Source: Octopus bimaculoides (taxonomy: Eukaryota). From it: 38,585 nt of DNA. The number at the start of each line of letters is the position of its first letter. Positions within the stretch are counted from its first letter, which is position 1. Shown here one piece after another: positions 1 through 9,779 of this stretch. The stretch spans positions 15,535,563-15,574,147 of the forward strand of contig NC_068991.1 in NCBI RefSeq assembly GCF_001194135.2, given 5' to 3'. A program made the position numbers and the translations under genes. Below the pieces are notes generated by a model. It made no database searches. It had not been told where the DNA came from and saw nothing but the letters and a program-made list of their open reading frames with translations.

Positions 1-235
1 ATATATATATATATACACATACACACACACACATATATATGTGCTGGGATAAGTCATTCATTAACTGTAATGCACTTAGAATCTGTTCCTATTGGCAGGA
101 AAGTTAGGTGTACAAGAACTATTATTATTTTCGTCATCTTCAGTAGTTTTATTCCTATAACGCGCTTTCACTTCACTACCGAGTGCAGCTCTGTGTGCTT
201 TGGGTATCTGCTGTGGTTTGCTGTGATGCTCTTAT

Positions 236-241
236 GGTTAC

Positions 242-288
<47 letters not shown>
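236..288. repeat. (ATT)n microsatellite, probably the tail of the repeat immediately upstream
   Basis: Direct trinucleotide run; it produces the poly-L/I/N ORFs. Confidence 0.95.
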
Positions 289-289
<1 letters not shown>

Positions 290-512
290 GGCAGTGAGCG
301 GGAGCAATCATAACTATGTTGCGAAAAATGTTTTGCAGCATTTCTTCCATGTTTACCTTTTGATGCTGCCAGGGTCAACTTTGCCTTTCATCCTTTCAGG
401 TATTGATAAAATAAGTACCAGTTGCATGCTGGGGGTCAGTGTAAATGACTTACCCCTTTCTCAGAAACCTCTGGCCTTGTGCCAAAACTTGAAACCATTA
501 TTATTATCATTA
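289..512 (+). mobile_element. SINE family A (tRNA-derived), degenerate copy
   Basis: ggcagtgagc head, 'gtcaactttgcctttcatcctttcagg..gataaaataagtaccagttg' core and ATT tail, all shared with the cleaner copies at 9441 and 26481. Confidence 0.8.
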
Positions 513-646
513 TAAAATTGCAGGGATTTTAAAATACTTCCAGAGAACAAGTTTACATATATAAATACATACATACATAAGAGCGTTGCAGTTCACTTGA
601 AGCATTGTAATACTGAGGAAGGTAAAAAGAAAAAGAATAGAAAATG

Positions 647-873
647 TCTGACAATGCAGAAAGTTTAATAAAACCTTTATATTTCAGGTGCAAAAGCCCA
701 TCTTCAGAAGAAAAACAGTCTGTGAAATCTCCAGGGCCTACATAACTGGGCATTTCTCAGACTGTTTTTCTTCTGAAGATGGGCCTTTGCACCTGAAATA
801 TGGAGGTTTTAAATTCGTTAAATTGTTTCAGCTTTAAAGCTGTGATCACGCTTGAACTTTCTGCATTGTCGGA
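647..873. repeat. Long fold-back: 60-bp arms 669-728/752-811 plus outer arms 647-665/855-873
   Basis: The arms are reverse complements with about 4 mismatches in 60 bp and a 23-nt loop. The outer 16-bp match is gacaatgcagaaagtt/aactttctgcattgtc. Confidence 0.95.
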
Positions 874-954
874 AGCTTTCTACTTTCTGTCTACACATAT
901 ATAATATGTATATACAAAAATAAATAAACACACAGAAACCCAAACTTATATATA

Positions 955-1132
955 TCGCTAGCCATTACACATTCTTTATTTTCTCTCCTTGTTTATTTCT
1001 GTGTTCCTTTCTGAGGAAGAGCGTAAGCTCGAAACGTTAAAGACTTTTTTACTTCCCGAGCATTAAACTAATACATCTGTTTGCTGTCTACACCACCTGT
1101 CTTCGTCTTTTGTTTTTTTGTGAATTCTCCCC

Positions 1133-1133
<1 letters not shown>
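955..1133 (+). mobile_element. (TA)n-flanked repeat carrying a minimal hammerhead-like motif (Penelope-type terminal repeat fragment?)
   Basis: cttt-CTGAGGA-A-GAGC-gtaa-GCTC-GAAA-CG-TT-aaag at 1007-1042; TA runs on both sides. Confidence 0.55.
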
Positions 1134-1167
<34 letters not shown>

Positions 1168-1178
1168 ATATATATATG

Positions 1179-1211
<33 letters not shown>

Positions 1212-1299
1212 ATGTATGTATATTATGGGACAGGTTTAAACAGGAAATGGCAGATATGTTTTCGTAGTTATTATGTTAACCATTGCTGCTCTGGTTTCT

Positions 1300-1400
1300 T
1301 TTTTTTTTTGAAGATTTAAAGAAGTTTGTACAAAGATAGATAAATTGTGTCAAAATGCAAGTGGACTGTGTTGAAGAAAGATGTACTCATACTCTTAAGA
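1300..1400 (+). mobile_element. Possible mariner transposase C-terminal remnant
   Basis: Translates to FVQR*INCVKMQVDCVEE, resembling the mariner C-terminal LxxRWxKCxxxxGDYxE; short and degenerate. Confidence 0.35.
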
Positions 1401-1654
1401 ATTGGATTTTTTAAAAATAATTAAGGAGACAATTAACAGATCACTGAATGCTTCTCTTCCTTGGAGAAAACAAAGACTGGAGCAGTAATAGTTAATGTAA
1501 CAACAGAGCAAACTTAATTGAAATTTCAAGTTCAGAGCTGTACTTTAGTGACTAAAAAGGAAACCATGACTAGTGGTACATGCCCAGCTAACTTTCATGC
1601 CAATAGGGAAAGCAATTTCAAATGCATTACGTATAATTCAGGGCTCACTCTCAT

Positions 1655-1942
1655 TGTGTGTGTGTGTGTATGTATTCTATATGGTACATTATTGTGCAAA
1701 TGTGCAAGTGTGTATGTATGTGTGTATATACTTATGTATATGTATGTATACTTATACATATATACCTACACGCATACATGCACACTCACATATGTATATA
1801 TCTATGTACACGTGCATACACACACATATATATGTATATATGTTTGATATATATATTTGTATATTTGATACATATATATATATATATATATATGTATGTA
1901 TATCTATATAAATATATATATATACATATATATACATATATA
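1655..1942. repeat. Compound TA/TG/CA microsatellite ending in an N-gap
   Basis: Direct; gap at 1943-2168. Confidence 0.95.
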
Positions 1943-2502
1943 NNNNNNNNNNNNNNNNNNNNNNNNNNNNNNNNNNNNNNNNNNNNNNNNNNNNNNNNNN
2001 NNNNNNNNNNNNNNNNNNNNNNNNNNNNNNNNNNNNNNNNNNNNNNNNNNNNNNNNNNNNNNNNNNNNNNNNNNNNNNNNNNNNNNNNNNNNNNNNNNNN
2101 NNNNNNNNNNNNNNNNNNNNNNNNNNNNNNNNNNNNNNNNNNNNNNNNNNNNNNNNNNNNNNNNNNNNTCTATATCTCCTTCTCTCTCTTTCTCTCTGTC
2201 TCTGTCTCTCTCTCTGTCTCTCTTTCTTTCTTTCTTCCTTTTTCTCTGTGAACTATGACCTATTTATGTTCCGCTAACAAAAAGCCAAAATGAACAATTT
2301 CAAAAAAAAAAACACTTAAAAAAACTAAAAGTGAAATATAGCAGGTAAAAAAAAAATGAAAATAAAACACAAACAAAAAAAAAATGAACCCTTCAAAGAA
2401 ATCAAGATTTAAAAAACTAAGAAAAAAAATAGAAAAAAATGTAAAATAACCAATATGAAGACTATTTGGAATTGGTCTTCAGATATTTTATTGTCTTTTT
2501 TA

Positions 2503-2536
2503 TTATTATCCTAATTATTAACTATTAATTATTATG

Positions 2537-2602
<66 letters not shown>

Positions 2603-2605
2603 GTT
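2503..2605. repeat. (ATT)n microsatellite
   Basis: Direct. Confidence 0.95.
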
Positions 2606-2869
2606 ATTACAGGCAGGTCCGCTAATCAATCACCACAACCAAAAGACATTGTAATTATTATCATCGTTTACAGTTATTATTTTCATGCTTTTTTGAACAC
2701 TTTCATGCAAGTTTCTTACTGCACTACAAAGTGCACTTGCAATGTGTTTGTGTCATGTGAGTGCATGTGTGTGTGCACGTGCATGCACATGTGTGTGTGT
2801 ATGTGTAAGTGCGTACAGCATTGTCTTTCAGGAATGTAGAACCGTGTGTTGTTTGTATGCTAACATCAG

Positions 2870-3092
<223 letters not shown>

Positions 3093-3751
3093 ATAGTGTT
3101 ATCATAACTGCATTTTGCAGCATGGTCGACAGTGCATCATGGAAGATGCACCCTGGTTTTGGGAGTGCAAAAAATAAAATTGTTTATAGTCACCAATGCT
3201 CCATCCACAAGAATTGGCAATGTTCAGTGGGCACATGCTAAATGCTCGTTATTAGGCAAAACACATGACCAAAACTACTTGAGCGCTCCTTTTCACTGTC
3301 ATCGGTTGAAATCACAAGCAAATCTGTGGTATTGAGCAGAATATTTGCTGTAGCCCATCTTTTGTACGAAGACCACTGGAGTGCTAATTTTCACTGACAT
3401 TGGGTGAAATCACCAGACAGTGACCACCAACGTGGTGGTTTGCTGCCAGGTATTATGGTAGCATATAACACCATGCTCTCCACTTTAACTGCCCTATGAT
3501 TATGCATGTGATATGCCATAGTGATCGTACTACACCCATCACTGCTGACCACCTATCAACTACAGGTGCCCAACTACAACTGCTGCTAGTCAATCCTTAG
3601 GTATCCCAACATGCACTAGGCACTGCTTGTTTCTGTGGATTGGCCTTAATCAACACCACTCATGTATCGGTCATTAATAGCATCAATTTTTAATTAAGAC
3701 TCTGTAAGTGGAAATTTTTAATGTAACCCTCTTTTCTACATTTCTAACAAG

Positions 3752-3833
3752 CTGTGGTGTTTGTATTTGTTTTCTTTGTCATTTGATGTTTATCCATATG
3801 ACGAAGATGAAGACTATTTTTCATTTGGAAAAG
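3752..3833 (+). CDS. Candidate internal host exon (LWCLYLFSLSFDVYPYDEDEDYFSFGK), unidentified
   Basis: Pyrimidine-rich tract and AG at 3750-3751, 82 bp open in frame, strong donor AG|GTAAGC at 3834, non-repetitive context. No protein family recognised. Confidence 0.3.
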
Positions 3834-4131
3834 GTAAGCCTATATATACATCAGCATCTATATCTATTTTGAAGAAAGGATAGAGCAAAATTTATTAATC
3901 AGTTTAGTATAAATCAGATTAATTAGAATTTCAGAATATAAAATACTTACAATTGCTAAGTAATGAAACAACAACCTCTGTAAGGCACTGCTTTCTATGA
4001 AGCCTCAGAAAACCACAGCACAACTTCTCAAATAGTATCCTGGCAGTCGCTTGGTAATTTTCATGGTATTTTTTCTTATAAGATGTGTCTTCCATGTTTG
4101 CAAAATACATTATTATTATCACTATCAAAAG

Positions 4132-4352
4132 GGGCAAACTAGCAGAATCATTAGAGAGTCAGATTGCCTTGTGGTATTTATCCTGGCTCTTTATATTCAG
4201 AGTTCAAATCCCTCCAAGGTTAACTTTACCTTTCCTCCCTCTGGGGTGGATAAAATAAAGTACCAGTCAAAAGCTGGGGTCAATGGCATTGACTAGACAC
4301 TAAACCCTCTTCCTTTAAAATTTACTGGCTTTGTGCCTAAATCTGGAACCAA
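4132..4352 (+). mobile_element. SINE family A copy
   Basis: ggcaaactagcagaatcattag head, gagttcaaat B-box, gataaaataaagtaccag core. Confidence 0.8.
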
Positions 4353-4414
4353 ATTTTATCACCATTATCATTATTATTGATTTTCTTCTTTTTCTTGTTA
4401 TTATTGCTACCAAC

Positions 4415-4628
4415 GGCAACAAGCTGGCAGGTTTGTAAGTGCTTGGGACAAAATGCTTAGCACCATTTCGTCTGACTTTTTACATTCTCAGTTCAAACGC
4501 CACCAAAGTCAACTTTGCTTTTCAACCTTTCAGGGTTGATAAAACAAGTACCAGTTGCACACTGGGGTCAGTGTAATTGACAAACCCCTCTCCTGCTAAA
4601 TTTCAGGCCTTGTGCCTAGATTAAAAAG

Positions 4629-4632
<4 letters not shown>
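4415..4632 (+). mobile_element. SINE family A copy with (ATT)n tail
   Basis: ggcaacaagctggcag head, gttcaaa B-box, shared core; ATT tail runs to about 4710. Confidence 0.85.
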
Positions 4633-4699
<67 letters not shown>

Positions 4700-4712
4700 C
4701 ATCATCATCATT

Positions 4713-4920
4713 GTGAGCTGGCAGAATCGTTAGCATGCTGGGCAAATAGCAGTATTTTGTCCGACTTTTACATTCTGAGTTCAAATGCCACTGAGGTCAA
4801 CTTTGCCTTTCATCCTTTTGAGGTCGATAAAATAAGTACCAGTTGAGTACTGGGGGTTAATGAAATTGACTATCCCCTCCCCCAAATTTCAGGCCTTCTG
4901 CCTATAGTAGAAAGGTTTAT
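4713..4920 (+). mobile_element. SINE family A copy with (ATT)n tail
   Basis: gtgagctggcagaatcgttagca A-box region, ctgagttcaaatgcc B-box, shared core. Confidence 0.9.
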
Positions 4921-4923
4921 TAC

Positions 4924-4954
<31 letters not shown>

Positions 4955-4989
4955 GTTATTATTATTATTATTATTATTATCATTATTGC

Positions 4990-5023
<34 letters not shown>

Positions 5024-5272
5024 GTCTTTCATTTTATTTTTTTTGGGACAATTTTGATTTTTATGCTTGTTTTATTTATTATAATTTTTTTTTCTCGTGA
5101 TTGATTCTGCAAACTCTCTCTCTAACTCTCTTCCATCATTTTTGTACTTTCGTCTTTTGTAACAGCCCCCACCTCTCAAAACAAAAGAAAAAAAAAAAGA
5201 AAAAAAGACGTAGCCCCTGTGGCAAATAAAAGAAATGACTATAATTAATATTTATTATTACATTGAGTAACC

Positions 5273-5530
5273 AATTGGCAGAAGCGGTATTATCATTACA
5301 ATTCACACACACACATACACACACACAAACACACACACATACACTCACCACATTCTGAGTTCAAATCATACAAAGTTGATTTTTATTCTTATAAGCAGTG
5401 GCAGGAATATTTTCTAAAATATGATACCAGTAAAATACTGGGGTTAATTTAATTGACTTTACCTCCTTCACCCTTCCACCCCATTCCTAACTGAAAAATA
5501 GCGTATGACTTAGTGCTAGTGTCAGAAATC
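5273..5530 (+). mobile_element. SINE family A, degenerate, containing a (CA)n run
   Basis: ttggcagaagcggt head; cacattctgagttcaaat resumes after the CA run. Confidence 0.6.
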
Positions 5531-5611
5531 ATTATCATCATCGTCATCATCGTCATCATCATCGTTATCATTATTATCGTCATCATCTTTATTATGATTA
5601 TTTTCATTAAA

Positions 5612-5705
5612 TAATATTAAAGTAAGTACCACTTGAGGATTGGAGTGACTGTAATCAACTTACCCCTCCCCCTAAAATGGCAGGCCTTGTGTCAAAATGT
5701 GAAAT
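5612..5705 (+). mobile_element. SINE family A 3' half
   Basis: aagtaccacttgaggattgg...caggccttgtgtcaaaatgtgaaa matches the 3' part of the other copies. Confidence 0.7.
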
Positions 5706-5727
5706 CATCATCATCATTATTATTATT

Positions 5728-5945
5728 AAAGCAGCAAGCTGTCAGAATCGTTAGTCTGTTGGACGAAATGATTAGTGGTATTTCGTCTACTGGTATGTTC
5801 TGAGTTTAAATTCTGCTGAGGTTGACTTTGCCTTTCAACCTTTCAAGGTTGACAAAATGAGTACCAGTTGAGGACTGGGGTTGATGTAATCAACTAGCCC
5901 CCTCCCTCAAAATTTCAGGCCTTGTGCTTACAATACAAAAGATTA
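5728..5945 (+). mobile_element. SINE family A copy
   Basis: Full head, core and tail match. Confidence 0.85.
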
Positions 5946-5962
5946 TTATTGTTATTATTATC

Positions 5963-6714
5963 AAGTGAGAGAGAAATGCATGCCATCAAAGTGACATCAG
6001 GGTACAAATATACAAAGCCCAATATACCCATCATGACTACCCGTCTGATAAGGGTACACCAGGCACATGCATTACAATTATATGTGCATGACATAGTGAT
6101 CTCATATCAAGATAAACAGTGGGGCCCAGTTAGAATTTTCTTCAGGTTGAGTAGCCCACCCCACCCGAAAGGCACCTGAATAAAGTTTGCTTAAACTAGC
6201 CGTATCTGGCCCAGATATTTTACATGTTTTATATTCAAACTGGCGATATCTAGCCTCTCACACCTAACCTACACTGACATTCTAAAAATAAACTATCACA
6301 TAATTAAAATCTCAAAACTATAAGGTAATACATGATTAATTCAAAACGATTTGAGTGAAAAAGTATTACATTTAACAGAGTAATCTGAACACTAAAGAGT
6401 TAAAGATGTTGAACGAAACACCCATGTTTCCAGAGGTCAATTATTCAAGCCCTAAAGAATTCCTCTCGACACATGGCTATGATGCTCCCCCACTACTTCT
6501 GCTCGTGATCAGAGGTGCACATATTGTCAGCCACTAAGGGACATGCTCAACTGGTTAAGGTCAAGCAACTGACAAGCAAATCTGTGGTATTGAGCAGAAT
6601 ATTTGCTGTAGCCCATCTTTTATACCAAGACAAAACAATGTACATGATAACAATTACGATCAGTTATGATCAGAAGTCATGAGAGCCAATGCCTGGTACT
6701 GCATGAGGTCATCA
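5963..6714 (-). mobile_element. Interspersed repeat family D ((AAT)n-tailed on the minus strand; LINE 3' end or SINE), interrupted by a TTAA MITE
   Basis: Colinear with 7144-7680 over about 530 bp; a short third fragment lies at about 3312-3365. Confidence 0.8.
6191..6403. mobile_element. TTAA-flanked MITE (piggyBac-like), left end clipped
   Basis: Absent from the paralogous family D copy (gtttaagg at 7360-7367); TTAA at 6191-6194 and 6400-6403; right end ctaaagagttaa. Confidence 0.75.
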
Positions 6715-6900
6715 GGGCAGTGAGCTGGCAGAATTGTTAACACTGGCTGAAATGCCTTGCGATATTTCTTTCAACTCTTTACATTTTGACTTCAAATTCT
6801 GCTGGGGTCAGATTTGCCTTTCATATTTCTGGGGCTACTAGTATTGAGTACACTATCCTCCACTGAAAACTACTGACCTTGTATCAAAATTTGGATCTAT
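6715..6900 (+). mobile_element. SINE family A copy
   Basis: gggcagtgagctggcagaattgttaa head and shared core. Confidence 0.8.
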
Positions 6901-6906
6901 TATTTA

Positions 6907-7110
6907 GGGCAGTGACTTGGCAGAATTATTGACATCATTATGCTAACAATTTGGCCATTGCCAAAATGCTAAGCAGCATTTCTTCCTGCTCTGATGTCAA
7001 CTTTGTCTTATATCCTTTAGGGGTTAATAAAATAAGTACCAGTTAAGCAATGGGATTCATGCAATTGACTAACCTTAAAATTTTGGCCTCTTGTCAAAAT
7101 TAGATAGAAG
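6907..7110 (+). mobile_element. SINE family A copy
   Basis: gggcagtgacttggcagaatt head; aataaaataagtaccagtt core. Confidence 0.75.
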
Positions 7111-7143
7111 TATTACCATTATTATTATTATTATTATTATTAT

Positions 7144-7680
7144 TGAGTGAGAAAGCAGTGCATGCCATCAAAGTGACACTGGGGGACATATGAAGACCAG
7201 TATACCCATCATGACTACCCGTCAGATAAGGGTACACCAGGTGCATGAATCACAACCATATTTCAAGATAAACAGCGCATGACCTCGCAGGTGGGGGCCC
7301 AGTTAGAATTTTCTTCAGGTCAAGTAGCCCATCCCACTCAAAGGTCCCTGAATAAGGTTTGTTTAAGGATGTTGCGCAAAACACCCATGTTTCCAAAGGT
7401 GAATTATTCAAACCCCGAAGAATTCCTCTCAACACATGGCTATGATGCTCTCCCACTACTTCTGCTCTTGATCAGAGATGCACATATCGTCAGCCACCAA
7501 GGGACATGCTCAACTGGTTAAGGTCAAACAACTGACATGCAAATCTGTGGTATTCAGCAGAATATTTGCTGTAGCCTTTCTTTTTATACCAAGACAAAAC
7601 AATGTACATGATAACACTCTCTATCAATTAAGACCAGAAGCCATGAGAGCCACTGCCATGTACTGCATCCGGGCATCTTA
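7144..7680 (-). mobile_element. Interspersed repeat family D, uninterrupted copy
   Basis: Homologous to 5963-6714; (ATT)n at its left end. Confidence 0.8.
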
Positions 7681-7692
7681 GTGCATCTGGGC

Positions 7693-7732
<40 letters not shown>

Positions 7733-7741
7733 GGTAATGTT

Positions 7742-7965
7742 AAAGCAGTAAGCTGGGTGAGTCTTACCATGATTGAACAAATGCTTAGCAGCAATTCTGC
7801 AGGCTTTACATTCTCAGTTCAAACTCTACTGTGGTTGACATTGCCTTTCATCTTTTGTTGGCATCAGTAACATAAGGTACCAGTCTAGTACAGAGGTCAA
7901 GTTATTGACCAACACTGCCCATTAAATAATATTGCTGGCCTTGCACCAACATTTGAAAACATTAT
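7742..7965 (+). mobile_element. SINE family A copy, degenerate
   Basis: aagcagtaagctggg head, ctcagttcaaac B-box, gccttgcaccaacatttgaaa 3' part. Confidence 0.75.
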
Positions 7966-8152
7966 TGGTGTTGTTTTTTTTTCTTCATCAAAGAATGTAT
8001 CTTTGTCCAGTTTGCCCCGAATTTTTTTTTTTCTTTTTCTTTTTGCTGTTACACTCTCTTTAATTAATTGATCAAACCCCACCCATCCAATCTGGCACAT
8101 GACATAACCATCACCACCACTATTTTTGGCCTAACACTTTTGTTTTTTTAAG

Positions 8153-8212
8153 CCATTCTTTGGAATTTTGAATCCAGAATGTCTTTAGATATGTCAGAAA
8201 GTTTGTATGAAA
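8153..8212 (+). CDS. Candidate symmetric (phase 1-1) 60-bp host exon (xILWNFESRMSLDMSESLYE), unidentified
   Basis: T-rich tract and AG at 8151-8152; donor GTAAGA at 8213; only one frame is open, and it is compatible with the candidate exon at 3752-3833. Confidence 0.3.
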
Positions 8213-8389
8213 GTAAGAAGCTGATACAGGGACAAGGAATTTATGACATTCTACATATGATCTGATGTCTAAATGGTTGGTCACGGTTGGAGAGGAATGA
8301 TATCATGATGGGTCCAGTTTTTGTTTTCTATTTTATTTAATTATATATGTATTTTTTTTGCTCAGATTATCTGCTAATTTCTCTGAGAA

Positions 8390-8646
8390 ACATCATCTCT
8401 CTCTCTCTCTCTCTGTATATATATATATGTATGTATATGCACACTCATATATACATATACATACACACACACATATAATATATACATACATATATATATG
8501 TCTGTATATATATATATGTGTGTGTGTGTGTATGTCTGTATATATATACAGACACATGTATATATATGTATATATCTATATAAATATATATAATGTTTAT
8601 ATATATACTATATATAATACATATATATATACATACATATATATAC

Positions 8647-8713
<67 letters not shown>

Positions 8714-8736
8714 NNNNNNNNNNNNNNNNNNNNNNN

Positions 8737-8769
<33 letters not shown>

Positions 8770-8790
8770 TATATTTATATATACATATAT
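8390..8790. repeat. Compound CT/TA/CA microsatellite with a small gap
   Basis: Direct. Confidence 0.95.
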
Positions 8791-8799
8791 ATTCTTTCA

Positions 8800-8990
8800 T
8801 TCTTTTATTCTTTTACTTGTTTCAGTCATTTGACTGCAGCCATGCTGGAGCACCGCCTTTAGTCGAGCAAATCGACCCCAGGACTTATTTTTTGTAAGCC
8901 TAGTACTTATTCTATCAGTCTGTTTTGCTGAACCACTAAGTTACAGAGTGCCACACAGTGGGACTGAACCTAGAACCACGTGGTTGGTAA
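8800..8990 (-). mobile_element. SINE family B, internally deleted copy
   Basis: cttttacttgtttcagtcatttgactgcagccatgctggagcaccgcc 3' part joined to the gtgggactgaacctagaaccacgtggttggtaa head fragment; matches 21690-22108 and 28138-28315. Confidence 0.85.
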
Positions 8991-8992
8991 TA

Positions 8993-9039
<47 letters not shown>

Positions 9040-9440
9040 AGGGGTATGTTTGAGTGTGTATGGTTGAGTGAATAGCATAGCAGACAATCAGCCAAGAAGG
9101 CAGTAGTTTGAGTTTTGTACAGTGTGCTCTCATTGTGTCCATAACTAGAACGGTTAATTCACAAATGACCCAGTTTACTTAGCCGTACATAGGTACCACA
9201 AAGTCTTTCTCAAGCCTACAGGCTCATTAAAATAAGACATAACCCAGTTTGTTTCTTTTATTCTGAGTCACTCAGTGACTGAAAACACAAAATTTCCAAT
9301 ATGATGGGATACCAGTTTGTTACAAAGTTGATTTGCAGCTATTTCTGGTACATATTTTCTATTGAATGGTCTGAACCAGCATTAGACGAACTACCTTGCT
9401 CAAGCACTCCATTTACTGCTCAATCATGGAACTGAATCCA

Positions 9441-9653
9441 AGGTGGCGAGCTGGCAGAAGCATTAGCACACCAGCCGAAATGCTTAGCGGTATTTTGTTT
9501 GTCTTTACGTTCTGTATTCAAATTCCGCCGAGTTTGACTTTGCCTTTCATCCTTTCAGGATCGATAAATTAAGTACCAGTTGCGTACTGAGATTGGTGTA
9601 ATCGACTGGCCCCCTCCCCAAAAATTCCGGGCCTTGTACCTTGAGTAGGAAAG
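9441..9653 (+). mobile_element. SINE family A, near-full-length, with 19-bp TSD
   Basis: A-box tggcagaagcattag, B-box ttcaaattcc; aatcatggaactgaatcca occurs at both 9422-9440 and 9654-9672. Confidence 0.95.
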
Positions 9654-9779
9654 AATCATGGAACTGAATCCATATTTCTATAATTGTGAGTTTAATACTT
9701 TAACATCTAGGCACAAAAATTGTACCTTCCGTACCACAATATGTTATGTGCATGACTAAAACACTTAGCTCACTCAAGT

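Noticed and set aside
613-640. ctgaggaag as another hammerhead core
   Set aside because: There is no stem II or correctly placed GAAA.
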